Shown: in pieces, positions 1 to 11,008 of the stretch
How the letters are laid out: every line of letters begins with the position of its first letter
Numbering within the stretch: the first letter of the stretch is position 1
Assembly (NCBI RefSeq): GCF_006345805.1
Contig: NW_021836910.1
Span: 1-22,534, forward strand
Source of the DNA: Octopus sinensis
Lineage: Eukaryota
DNA length: 22,534 nucleotides
Direction of reading: 5' to 3'
The notes under the pieces: generated by a model
Database searches by the model: none
What the model saw: the letters and a program-made list of their open reading frames with translations, nothing else
Told to the model about the DNA's origin: nothing
Position numbers and translations under genes: made by a program

Positions 1-112
1 TTTATTTATATATTTATTTATTTATTCATTCATTCATTTATTCCGCAAAAATCTAAAGACCTCTCAAAAACCAGATACACTTCTGTACAGTGACTGCTAC
101 TTTAATACCCTC

Positions 113-231
113 ACCACGACGACGACGACCACGGCTACCACGACTACGACTACCACGACCACGACCCCCACCACCACCACCACCACCATCAACAACAACA
201 ACGACGACGACTACAACAACGACAACAACAG
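113..231. repeat. Compound trinucleotide microsatellite (ACG/ACC/AAC)n
   Basis: Direct reading: gacgacgac...caccaccac...aacaacaac. Confidence 0.9.
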
Positions 232-374
232 CCCTTCATGTATTTAACTTGTAACTTGTAAAGAAATCTGGGAAATAGGCAAAATCTCACGAATGGCATT
301 AATTAAAGAATACCAACAACACCAACAACAACAACAACGTCGGCAGCCATCTTAAATTCACAAACTTCCCACTC

Positions 375-500
375 TCCAATACCTCTCCTTCCCTCTTCTT
401 ATCCTCCTCCTTTTCATCAGCTTCTTTCTTTTCTTTCTTTTCTTTTCTTTTCTTTCTTTCTTCCTTTCTTTCTTTCTTTTCTTTCGTTCTTTCTTTCATC
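375..500. repeat. Polypyrimidine / (TTTC)n low-complexity tract
   Basis: Almost pure C/T run; source of the K/E/R-rich ORF 299..502(-). Confidence 0.9.
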
Positions 501-651
501 AATTATTTCCTTTCTTAAACTTTGGATTAACATATTTCTATATCCATTAGAGTTGAATTCTTTAAACATTTCTTTTCTTCTTTTCGTTTTTGAAATATTT
601 ATTTTCTGATGTTCTAAAATTTTGTAAACGGAATAAAACTAATATTATCGT

Positions 652-750
652 TCGACTGGTGGAAGCAGTGGAGCGTCGAATGAAATAATCTTGTGGTATG
701 ATGCTACCATCACTTCTACATTTCAGGTTCAAATCTCACTACACACATAC
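652..750 (+). mobile_element. Highly degraded family-B-like SINE head
   Basis: ctggtggaag..gagcgtcgaatgaaat..tggtat..caggttcaaatc weakly parallels the family B head, with a B-box-like GGTTCAAATC. Confidence 0.35.
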
Positions 751-1096
751 CCTCATACACACACACACATATGTACATAATATTACAAGATTCAGTTCAA
801 GAACCTTGTTTGGTGGCAAAGGCCAGACGTGGAATTACTAAATTCATATGTCCCGTGAATTTCAAACTCAAATTTTAAAATTCAAATTCGAAAATGCATG
901 TATTCATTTGAAGCAAACAGTTTTTAATAATATAATATACTCACAATAATGTAAGGTACTTAATTATAACAATATAATGTACTAAAAAAAATTCGTTAGA
1001 AAAGGGTGTAATAAATTGACATCTGTCCATCAACTGTTACGTACATGTATATGTGTGTGTATATATATATATAACTATATATATATATATATATAT

Positions 1097-1250
1097 ACGA
1101 TGGGCTTCTTTCAGTTTCCGTCTTCCAAATCCTCTCACAAGGCTTTGGTCGACTTACGTCAATAGTTGAATACACTTGCCCAAGGTGCTACGCAGTGGGA
1201 TTGAACCCGGAACTATGTGGTTGGTAAGGAAGCTACTTACCACACAAGCA
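1097..1250 (-). mobile_element. SINE family A (tRNA-derived, CORE-like): head and core only
   Basis: Reverse complement has A-box-like TGTGTGGTAAG, B-box GGTTCAATCCC, GCACCTTGGGCAAGTGT (resembles the CORE start GTGACCTTGGGCAAGT) and GACGGAAACTGAAAGAAGCCC. Matches copies at 14038-14394 and 21190-21483. Confidence 0.85.
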
Positions 1251-1464
1251 ATACATATATACTATACATACACACACACACAGACATACATATATATATA
1301 CACACATATACATACATATACACTCGTACATGTGCTCACACACACATGAACATACACATATATATCCTTATAATTTCTGTGTGGTTCATGTGATCTCTTG
1401 ACATTCAAATACATTATACCAAAACGAGTAATTTATTCGTGTCCAACTCTCATTCACACCTCCG

Positions 1465-1499
1465 TATATATTATATATAATATATTATATATATATAAT

Positions 1500-1532
<33 letters not shown>

Positions 1533-1533
1533 C
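1465..1533. repeat. (TA)n microsatellite
   Basis: Direct reading. Confidence 0.9.
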
Positions 1534-1759
1534 ATTAGAAAAATGGACAAAAGCATAGATCAACCAGCACACCCGATGAACCATATTAAAACTTGTTTAT
1601 TGATATAAAGCGATACATAACGGAACTAACAGCTGTTTCTGATCAGATTCCCAGAATGCAGTCTATACATAAATGCGAAAATAAAATTCTTCACCTTCAT
1701 AAGGCATTCGAATTGAGGCAACCGTTCTTCATCAGAGTGAATAAAGAACATACAAATAT

Positions 1760-1892
1760 AGTAAAGATTATTTGGCAACATGGTAGTCCTGGTTTAGGAC
1801 GAATGTTGCTGTAATTCAGCCCAAGAAGACTTCGTCTCCGGCTGGCTATACGACACATTCGGTGACGTTACATTTTCGAACAAGGGAAATTT
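1760..1892 (+). mobile_element. Single arm of the fold-back / Penelope-like repeat also present at 17493-17814
   Basis: agtaaagattatttggcaacatggtagtcctggtttaggacgaatgttgctgtaa...cgtctccggctggctatacgacaca aligns with 17493-17554(+) and 17662-17814(-). Confidence 0.75.
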
Positions 1893-2004
1893 CTAAAAGC
1901 ATACAATATAAACAAAAGAAAGAAGCAAGAGGTAAGAAAACATCGTTTAGACAAATAGTCTAAAAGCCGAATATGTTATGTGCACATAGCAATAATATAT
2001 AATG

Positions 2005-2092
2005 TATGGATATATATATATCTATATATATATATATATATATACATTACTACTACTTAGTAGTAGTAGTAGTAGTAGTAGTAGCAGTAGTT

Positions 2093-2147
<55 letters not shown>

Positions 2148-2174
2148 GATATAATAATAATGATAATGATGATG

Positions 2175-2230
<56 letters not shown>
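2005..2230. repeat. Compound microsatellite (TA)n-(TAG)n-(AAT)n
   Basis: (TAG)n about 2058-2145 and (AAT)n about 2150-2230; explains three overlapping poly-V/Y/I/N ORFs. Confidence 0.95.
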
Positions 2231-2231
<1 letters not shown>

Positions 2232-3197
2232 GCCCTGGTGCAATACCCGGCAGTGGCTCTCATGGCTTCTGATCTTAACTGATTGGAAGTGTTATCATGT
2301 ACATTGTTTTATCTTGGTATAAAAGATGGGCTACACCAAATATTCTGCTCAATACCACAGATATGCTCGTCAGTTGCTTGACCTTAACCAGCTGAGCATA
2401 TCCCTTAATGGCTGACAATATGTGCATTTCTGAAGGGTAGTGGGGTAGCATCATAGCAAAGTGTTGAGAAAAATTCTATGGGGTTTGTATAATTCACATC
2501 TGGAAACATGGGTGTTTTGTTCAACATCCTTAAACAATCCTTATTCAGGGACCTTTTGAGTCGGATGGGCTACTCGACATAAAGAAAATTCTAACTGGAC
2601 CCCCACCTATTTTTTTACTGCCCACAAGGGGCTATAGACAGAGAGGACAAACAAGGACAGACAAACAGATTAAGTCGATTACATCGACCCCCAGTGCGTA
2701 ACTGGTACTTATTTAATCGACCCTGAAAAGATGAAAGGCAAAGTCAACCTCGGCGGAATTTGAACTCACAACGTAGCGGCAGACGAATTACCTATTTCTT
2801 TACTGCCCACAATGAGCTAAACACAGAGAGGACAAACAAAGACAGACAAACGGATTAAGTCGATTACATCAACTCCAGTGCGTAACTGGTACTAATTTAA
2901 TCGACCCCGAAAGGATGAAAGGCAAAGTCTACTTCGGCGGAATTTGAACTCAGTACGTAGCGGCAGACGAAATACCGCTAAGCATTTGGCCCGGCCTGCT
3001 AACGATTCGGCCAGCTCGCCGCCCTAACCGGACCCCACCTGCAAGGTGATTCACCGTTTAACTTGATATGAGATCACTCTGTCGCGCATATATTGTAGTG
3101 ATTCATGTGTCTACCCTTATCAGAGGTGTAGTTATGATGGAAATACGGGGCTTCGTATATTTTACCCCAGTTTCACTTTGTCAGCATACACTCAATA
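2228..3197 (+). mobile_element. Non-coding interspersed repeat (about 540 bp net) bounded by (AAT)n arrays and interrupted by a SINE B dimer
   Basis: High-complexity block with (AAT)n directly upstream and an (AAT)n tail at 3195-3222. It is continuous across the TSD-flanked insertion at 2609-3023. There is only one copy in the window, so repeat status is inferred. Confidence 0.5.
2609..3023 (-). mobile_element. SINE family B, partial tandem dimer (185-bp period) with ~17-bp TSD
   Basis: Head GGCGGCGAGCTGGCCGAATCGTTAGC, B-box GAGTTCAAATTC, central GCCTTTCATCCTTTCGGGGTCGAT. Units start at acctatt 2605 and 2790. TSD is ctaactggacccccacct (2591-2608) / ctaaccggaccccacct (3024-3040). Confidence 0.9.
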
Positions 3198-3384
3198 ATA
3201 ATAATAATAGTTATAATAATCATGTTTCGCTACAGTACCTAACATTAACAAACACCATTTCTTTTTGCCCCGTCATCCAGCAAAGGAAACATTAACTTCA
3301 TTTAGCTACGACTCCTGGAAAGACAAACATGCTTTTCGCTGCTTTGGGGGGATTGACAATAAATTCTTAATATTTGCCATTCTT

Positions 3385-3728
3385 ATAATTGTTGTTGTGG
3401 TGACCGAGATGGTATTCGTGGTAGTGGTGGTTATGGTGGATATGGTGGTGGTGGTGGTGGTGGTGGTGTCCTGTTTGTTGTATCTTTTCAAGAAAATTAC
3501 GATCATAGATGTCACGTCAGTGCCACCTCTCCACAAGGGATAGATGGCTGGAGATGGAAGGGTGTGTGTAATTGGATATATGGTTGCATATATGTACATA
3601 TATGCACACATGCATACGTATATATGGGTGTGTGTATGTATATATGTATTACCTGTATATGTGTGTGTGCATGTATGTATGCCTGTATACACACACATAT
3701 ATATACACACATCTATATGTATATATGC

Positions 3729-3805
<77 letters not shown>

Positions 3806-4020
3806 ATAATAATATATAAAGTCATATGCATATATATATATATATCTGTGTATGAGTAATGTATGTTTGAGGGAGAGAGATTTAGAGATAGAGATAGATA
3901 AATAGATAGATACAGAGAGAGAGAGAGAGAGAGAGAGAGGAGAATGTGTGTGTGTGTGTGTGTGTGTGTGTCTGTGTGTGTCTGTGTGGGTGTGTCTATT
4001 TGAGAGAGGGAGAGAGATTG
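3385..4020. repeat. Microsatellite cluster (GTG)n, (TA/TG)n, (GATA/GA)n, (GT)n
   Basis: Direct reading, with a short unique spacer at about 3470-3560. Confidence 0.9.
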
Positions 4021-4399
4021 AGCGATAGTTAGATGGCTAGTTGGATTAATGAATGCATCGATGGATGGATAAATTTGCATGGCTAAGATGTATTTTGTTA
4101 ATCTAGTGGATTTGCAAAATAAATAAAATTAAAGAAAAACATCCCCGCGCCACCAAAAATACAAATGAGCAAAAACAACGAAATATCGCCGATTAGGACA
4201 ATACGGGAAAAACGTAACAAGATGAGGGAGAGAGGTTTTTTTTTTTTCATTTATATTGTTTTGAAATTTGTAATGTTTTTCTTTTTCATCTTTTCTAGTT
4301 TCAAACAGAAGCTGATCTCTTTGGCCGAGATTTAACTTCGACTGTGACGTTAGATCTATTGTTTCACGTCAAGAGTTAACTCCTGTTCAGACTTTCTCT

Positions 4400-5105
4400 A
4401 ACGAAATCTCTACACTCTTTCTCTCTCTCCCTCTCTCTATTTCTCTCTCTCTCTCTCTCTCTATTTATCTATCTATCTGTTTGTCCCTATATATATATTT
4501 CATATTTCTCTCTATTTTCCTCTATATTTTCCCCTTCTTGCCATCATTCAAATTTCTGTCTTTCGTTTCTCTTCCTCCCTTTCACCCAACCGAAACACTT
4601 ATACTCCCTCTCTATCTCTTTCACTCTCTCTTTCTCTCTCTGCCTCTCTTTATCACGTTCTCTCTCATACACACACATAATAACATATACACAAATATAC
4701 GCACACTCAAGCAATGCCCCACTCTTTCTTACTCGTGCACACACTCTGTCACAAACGCACATATCTCTTTCCCCCACTCTCTTTCTCACGCACACACACA
4801 CAGCAAACACGCTCCCACGCACATACATACACACACACCCAACTGAAACACTTATACACTCTCTCTATCTCTCTCAGTCTCTCTCTCTCTTTCTCTCTGT
4901 GCCTCTCTTTATCCCCTTCTCCTTCTTTAACACACATAAGCACACACACAGATATACACACCCTCAAGCAATCCCTCTCTCTTTCTCACTTATATATACA
5001 CACACACACTCTGTCAGAGACACACAAATCTCTTTCCCTCTCTCTCACACACACAAGGAAAACGCACATACACATACACAGTAAACAGACACACACACAC
5101 ACATG
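4400..5105. repeat. (CT)n/(CA)n-rich region containing a diverged ~253-bp tandem duplication
   Basis: Anchors recur in order: acccaac(c/t)gaaacacttatac (4584, 4837), tgcctctctttatc, ctcaagcaat, cacacactctgtca, atctctttccc. Confidence 0.8.
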
Positions 5106-5261
5106 CATCACAGGGTAATTGTAAAATCATCGTGTAGAATTAAATTATCTTCTTTTTTAGAATTTTGTCCTTTATGTGATAAAGTTAATCTTTAAAGAAC
5201 GTTTAAAAATTTCATTCGTCTATTCTCTCGTCATTAATAAACAGAGAAAAATTATGTCTAG

Positions 5262-5380
5262 TTAAGAAGCTCTCTGTGCAATAATGCGGTTTCATGTTCA
5301 GTCCCACTACGTGGCACGTTTAGCAAGCTCTTTTTAGTATAACCCTAGGCTCACTAAAGGGAATTTGGTGGACGGAAATC
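5262..5380 (+). mobile_element. Degraded SINE family A head and core
   Basis: gttcagtcccactacgtggcacgtttagcaag...gaatttggtggacggaaa matches family A GGTTCAGTCCCACTGCGTGGCACCTTGGGCAAG...GGATTTGGTAGACGGAAA. Confidence 0.7.
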
Positions 5381-5384
5381 ATAT

Positions 5385-6071
5385 GTATGCTTCCGATGAG
5401 AATTAATGTTGTAAGAAGATCCCCCGGAAGGAAAACCCCGAGGACAAAGAAATAAGAAACTACAGTTTGGTTGAAGCCATAGCCATTCGTAATAAAATAA
5501 GGTGTACTGGTTGAATGTCCCAGTGAAAACCTCAATGTAAACACAATAGACCTGACATAGTAATTTGGGATGAAGAAGAGAAACTGTGGACAATTATGGA
5601 AGGCAGCTGCCCAGCGGATATTAATACAAAGCTAAAGATCCGCGAAAAAGAAAATATTTATGCAGAACTATTGAGGAACCTATAGATACTCTATCCAGAT
5701 TACAAGTTCAGGTTTATGCCTGTAATTATTGGGGTACTCGGATATGTAATACGCTGCTTAAATATGAAATCTGGAGAAATGAGGCTTCTCATAATCACAA
5801 AACAGATAGCTGATCCGAAAACTACAAATTCAAGACATCACTGGAGCTGTAAAAAACTGTGAAACTCTTCCGAAGTTTATCACTTGAATATATATGTGCA
5901 TGTCTAGATATGCAAGTATACACAATGAGAATACATACATAAAACAAAGCATACAAATATGCACATATATATACATACATACCCTGTTAATGTTGCTGAA
6001 ACTCCAATGGAACTATGCTAGAAACCGACTCTTTCTTTAGTGGCAAGAAATCTTGAAATAAAACTGAATAA
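5385..6071 (+). mobile_element. 5'-truncated RLE-type non-LTR retrotransposon relic (R4/Dong-like; other RLE clades not excluded) with 3' UTR
   Basis: Endonuclease-coding relic at about 5390-5887, followed by a putative 3' UTR ending gaaataaaactgaataat. Confidence 0.75.
5390..5887 (+). pseudogene. Disrupted C-terminal PD-(D/E)xK restriction-like endonuclease domain
   Basis: Frame +1 from 5539 reads KHNRPDIVIWDEEEKLWTIMEGSCPADINTKLKIREKENIYAELLRNL*ILYPDYKFRFMPVIIGVLGYV (TAG at 5683-5685). Other frames give upstream LPMRINVV and YWLNVPVKTS, and downstream LIRKLQIQDITGAVKNCETLPKFIT* (TGA 5885-5887). HNRPD..E..P.D..EK..Y..L..P.IIG.LG is the RLE signature. Confidence 0.8.
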
Positions 6072-6084
6072 TGGCACACATACA

Positions 6085-6320
6085 TCGCTCCTCAGTGGAG
6101 AGAATGTTGCACGCTCGATCGCGATATCTAGGTTTCAAATTCTGGATCGGATGGTGATCTGCTAAGACTTGTACACCTGACATGTAGTACATCGTGCTCC
6201 TGTTCAGGTAACGTCAATTTAATGGATAGTAATGGATAAAGGTAAACTAAAGTACAGTCCATACCTTTGATCGCTATAAATATATCGTCTGTACCGGTTG
6301 TTCAGCAAGAAATTGGTAAA
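6085..6320 (+). mobile_element. Degraded tRNA-derived SINE (different body)
   Basis: A-box-like tcctcagtgg and B-box-like ggtttcaaattc at tRNA-like spacing; the body is not matched elsewhere in the window. Confidence 0.4.
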
Positions 6321-6347
6321 ACTTTCTTGAAGAATTTTTAACCGAAA

Positions 6348-6640
6348 GAATCAACCTCAATACCTATTTCTTGGTTCTTATTCCATGTTTTCTATTTTGC
6401 AGAACGGCTAAATTAGATGAACATAAACACACCAACACCGTTTTGCAAACGTTGAGGGGGAAAACACAGGCACAAAGTCACACACACATATGACGGGTTT
6501 CTTTCATTTCTTGTCAGTTTCTGTCAGCTTTGGTCAACTCGAGGCTATTGTAGAAGACACCAGCCCAATGTGCCATGCGTTGGGACTGAATCCAGAACCA
6601 TGTGCCCAGGAAGCAAACTTCATACCACACAGCCACTCTT
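6348..6640 (-). mobile_element. SINE family A, degraded, near full length
   Basis: tgggactgaatccagaaccatgtg...cataccacacagccact head plus aaacacaccaacaccg tail module, collinear with 14038-14394. Confidence 0.8.
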
Positions 6641-6889
6641 CTTTTATGGTAAGATCTACAAAAACATACTTCAGCCAGTGAGAGATGAATACCATTTAAT
6701 GCACACAGTAAAAGAAACGAACTACTAATAGTTTCTGGCTTTTGAGACACGTGTTTACAGAGGTCTTTTTTATAGCATGCCTTGTGTCTCTAAGCAATTT
6801 CAGGCTTTGAGTACATGGTCTCTGATACAAAAGAAATCGAGAGAAAAAAAACGAGAAGTTTTTTCGTATTTCTTCTTGTTATCTTTTCT

Positions 6890-6928
6890 AGTAGTAGTTG
6901 TAATAGTAGTAGTAGAGGTAGTAGTGGC

Positions 6929-6972
<44 letters not shown>

Positions 6973-7235
6973 AAGCAGTATCGGCAGTTGTAGCCGTATT
7001 AAAGTATTAGTAATAGTAGTATTAACATCATTAGTATCAGTATTAGTGGTAGGGGTATTATGATCGCCATCATCTTTATTTTTATTGTTATTATTATTAT
7101 TGTTATTATTCTTATCATTATTCATCGTAGTATTAGTAATGGTGATAGTAGTTGTAGTGGTAGTAGTAATGATGTTCGTAGTAGCAGAAGCAGTAGTAAT
7201 GATGTTGGTAGTAGTAGTAGTAGTAGCAGCAATAA

Positions 7236-7271
<36 letters not shown>

Positions 7272-7285
7272 CAGTAGTAGTAGTA

Positions 7286-7334
<49 letters not shown>

Positions 7335-7337
7335 TAT
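6890..7337. repeat. Compound (GTA)n/(ATT)n/(GCA)n microsatellite
   Basis: Direct reading. Confidence 0.95.
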
Positions 7338-7475
7338 AGGTTCCGTAAATGTGATGATGTATATAGAAGCTGGACGTCGTTAAATATATCATATGTTGTA
7401 TATTTATTACTAGAGTAATATGTTAAGTATAGACAACTGAAGATTCACTTTCCAACAGAAACAACAAAGGCATCA

Positions 7476-7476
<1 letters not shown>

Positions 7477-7547
<71 letters not shown>

Positions 7548-7561
7548 GTAATAATAATAAT
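7477..7561. repeat. (AAT)n microsatellite
   Basis: Direct reading. Confidence 0.95.
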
Positions 7562-7696
7562 CGTAACCCTGTTTTCATTTAATACTTCCTCCATAAGAGG
7601 AAAATATTTGCCCATATCTGAAGAGAATTCGTAAAGTAGAGTTAAAAATGCGTCCAGCAACGAAACACTTTCTCTTTTGCTTTATGCAATAATCAC

Positions 7697-7780
7697 ACAT
7701 ACATACATGCATGCATGCATACATACATATATACATATATGTATGTATGTATATCAGCTTGTATGTATATATATATATTA

Positions 7781-7811
<31 letters not shown>

Positions 7812-7862
7812 ATATAGGTATTATAAATTTACGCATGATATATAATAACGTATCCATGCACA

Positions 7863-7913
<51 letters not shown>

Positions 7914-8311
7914 TATATGCGTGTATGTGTGTGTATACATGTATATATTTTTGTATATATATTTGTATATAGGTATATATATCTATATATATGTATATGT
8001 ATATAAATATATTGTACAGGATTAAATATTCATACATCTAGAGATAATACCACTGAGCTGGCTTTTATCCAGGAATGGTGTTGTCCCTTCTTTAAATTGA
8101 TCCGACTTACTAATCTTCAATTTTCCCTATATTTTATTTCATTCATTATTATATTTTATTATATTTTAGTTTTTGGTGCTTTCCAAAGCTATAGCCACAA
8201 TATTGGTTTGGACAAAGAGATCTATGCATATAATGTATACACTCAGAATATAATCACATTGAAACAAACGCACACATCTCTGAATATGTATATATATATG
8301 TATATATATAT

Positions 8312-8394
<83 letters not shown>

Positions 8395-8680
8395 TATTTG
8401 TGGGTATGTTTATATCTGAGTTTCTATGAAATAATACAGTTTAATGTTATATATGTATATACATATCTATATCCGTACCTGCATATGCATAGGAACACAC
8501 AGACACACAGACACACACACATACACACACACACACTCTCTCTCACGCACTCACACACTCACATATGGATACATACCCATTTGTGTGTATGTGTGTGTAT
8601 ATATATATACATACTGATTTGTATATATATATATATATGTTTGTATGTTTATATATATATATAAATATGCTTGTGCATAT

Positions 8681-8716
<36 letters not shown>

Positions 8717-8789
8717 AACACAAATGTGTGTGTGAGTGTTAGTATTTTCATATATATAACTTTATTAAATATCTATATATATATGTTTA

Positions 8790-8843
<54 letters not shown>

Positions 8844-8860
8844 CATATATATATAAGTAG
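7697..8860. repeat. Cluster of (TA)n/(TG)n/(CA)n microsatellites with short unique spacers
   Basis: Direct reading; unique spacer at about 8010-8280. Confidence 0.85.
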
Positions 8861-9114
8861 CATAAAGAGAGTGGGAGTGGAGGTGGCAAAGAGAGTTGGA
8901 CAGAAGTTAAAGTTCTTGTTTTGGTATAATGTATTTGAATGTCAAGAGATCACAAGAACCTCACAGAAATTACAAGAATATAACACACAAACACACAGAA
9001 AAAAAAATAATAAACAAGAAAGAAAAACAACTTAATAATAATAATGAAAAACAAGTGAAAATATATAGCATGTAAAATAAGCGCCATACTATTGTTAAAC
9101 ATTTGCTAGTAGAA

Positions 9115-9126
9115 GTAATAACAATG

Positions 9127-9168
<42 letters not shown>

Positions 9169-9185
9169 TAATAATAATAATAATA

Positions 9186-9257
<72 letters not shown>

Positions 9258-9312
9258 TAACAACAACAACAAAAATAATAATAGTAATAATGATGATGAA
9301 GAGGAGGAGGTG
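9115..9312. repeat. (AAT)n grading into (AAC)/(GAT)/(GAG)
   Basis: Direct reading. Confidence 0.95.
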
Positions 9313-9482
9313 GAGTAAAAAAGTAGGCCGAAGAGTGATGTGTGTAGATAAGTATTTGATGTGTTGTGAGTGGTACCGCATCAGATATATGATAAAAAAT
9401 TGTTTCGAGAACTTTCCATTTTAAATTCTATCTATTGTTGTGTATTATTTTGATGTACGCCATTGCTTAGTTTACTTATGTG

Positions 9483-9568
<86 letters not shown>

Positions 9569-9706
9569 CACCTATCTATCACTCCATCTATGAATCGATC
9601 CACCCTCCACCTATCTATCCCTTTATCTCTCTCTCTCTATTCATCTGTTCATCCATATATCCAACCATACACCTTTTATTTGTCCACCTTTTATGTGTCC
9701 ACCTTT

Positions 9707-9786
<80 letters not shown>

Positions 9787-9909
9787 TTATCTATCTGTCT
9801 CTCTATCTGTCTGCCTGTCTGTCAGTCTGCGTGTATGTGTGTGTGTCTGTCTTTTTCTTTCTATCTATATGTCCGTCCGTCCGCCCGTCTGTCTCTCTGT
9901 CTGTCTGTA

Positions 9910-9989
<80 letters not shown>

Positions 9990-10075
9990 GTCTGTCTGTC
10001 TGTCTGTCCTATCAGTTTTTCTAGTATTTATTTAACACACACACACACACATAGACACACACATACACACACATG
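9483..10075. repeat. (ATCT)n / (GTCT)n (GATA-type) tetranucleotide arrays and (CA)n
   Basis: Three ATCT blocks at about 9483-9570, 9708-9795 and 9910-9990. Confidence 0.95.
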
Positions 10076-10204
10076 CATTACTATATCTTTCTTTGTTTCC
10101 TCCTTTTTGGGGGGGAATCTACAGCTTGTAGACTGGCATTTTCCTAGTTTTTTTTTATTATTGAAAGATCAAAGAATTGCAGCTGCAAGACAATTATCAT
10201 TATG

Positions 10205-10244
10205 ACCATCGTGATCAACATGATCATGATCGTGATGATGATGT

Positions 10245-10278
<34 letters not shown>
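10205..10278. repeat. (GAT)n microsatellite
   Basis: Direct reading. Confidence 0.9.
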
Positions 10279-10373
10279 CAAAAAGTATACTATCCACTCC
10301 AATTATGAAGAAGAGAGAGGCTGAGGCCAATAAACTGTCCACAGTCTGCCTACCCTCTGTGAAAGGCCTCTCC

Positions 10374-10746
10374 GAATTTTGAAAGAGGTTTCTATAAAAC
10401 TAGATTTGGGCATTGATTCGCTATGGGGGTCCACTCGCAGAAAATTAGTCCATGCAATCAAATTAGTGAACTGAGGATCAACGGTAGTATTTTAAGGGTC
10501 AATGAAAAAATTCTGCTTTAGATGTATGGATTGTTATATATTGCAAGAAAAAGTGGGGTTTCTTTCTCTAACATTTTTCGTAGTTCAATCGAAACAAGTT
10601 AATGTACAGAAAACAGAATAGGGATTTTGAAAGAAGCTTTTATAAAACTAGTTTTTAAACATTGAATGACTATTGGGGGATCCACCAGAACAAAATAGTA
10701 ATCAACCGGGTCCATAGATGAAAAGAAAAATAGTCAAGAACCACTG
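10374..10746. mobile_element. Non-autonomous DNA transposon remnant, hAT-like right end
   Basis: Right end reads CAGTGGTTCTTGAC on the minus strand (compare the hAT/Charlie-type CAGTGGTTCTCAA terminus). Internal ~62-bp direct repeat at 10374-10434 and 10622-10686, with GGG(A)TCCA subterminal motifs. The left TIR and 8-bp TSD were not found. Confidence 0.45.
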
Positions 10747-10756
10747 TACTATAAGT

Positions 10757-10996
10757 GGAGGCGCGTGGATTAGGGGTTAGCGTATTGAACTCATGAACGT
10801 AAAATTGTGGTTTCGATTCCTGGACACGTTGCCTTCTTGAGAAACATACTTCATTTCACGTTGCTCAAGTCTACTCAGCTGGCAAAAATGAGTAACCCTG
10901 CGACGGAACAGCGTCACTGGTGGGGAATTTATATGCCATAGAAAACCTGGAATCGGGCCCTCATGAGTCGGTATGGCACGAGAAGAGAACCTTTAT
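10757..10996 (+). mobile_element. SINE family C (tRNA head, CORE-like body) with 12-bp TSD
   Basis: GGAGGCGCGTGG head, B-box GGTTTCGATTCC, CORE-like CTTGAG..ACTTCATTTCACGTTGCTC..CTCAGCTGGCAAAAATGAGTAA. TSD is tgtactataagt (10745-10756) / tgtactataggt (10997-11008). Confidence 0.8.
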
Positions 10997-11008
10997 TGTA
11001 CTATAGGT

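Noticed and set aside
414-420. CTGATGA on the minus strand as a hammerhead core
   Set aside because: It lies in a purine/pyrimidine low-complexity tract with no stems.
4073-4080. Octamer motif ATTTGCAT (and E-box palindrome CCACGTGG at 20522-20529)
   Set aside because: About one occurrence of such short motifs is expected by chance in 22 kb; there is no promoter context.
4270-4400. Strong polypyrimidine tract plus AG as a + strand acceptor (ADLFGRDLTSTV...)
   Set aside because: All frames stop within about 25 codons, there is no good donor, and such tracts are common here.
7560-7660. Possible minus-strand micro-exon after ttctcttcag (DMGKYFPLMEEVLNENR)
   Set aside because: The acceptor is plausible but the donor is weak (GTTACG), the peptide is unrecognised and there is no neighbouring exon support.
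10288-10373. Left TIR and 8-bp TSD for the hAT-like remnant
   Set aside because: Only tactat (6 nt) and acagt (5 nt) partial matches exist, and they are not adjacent to each other.
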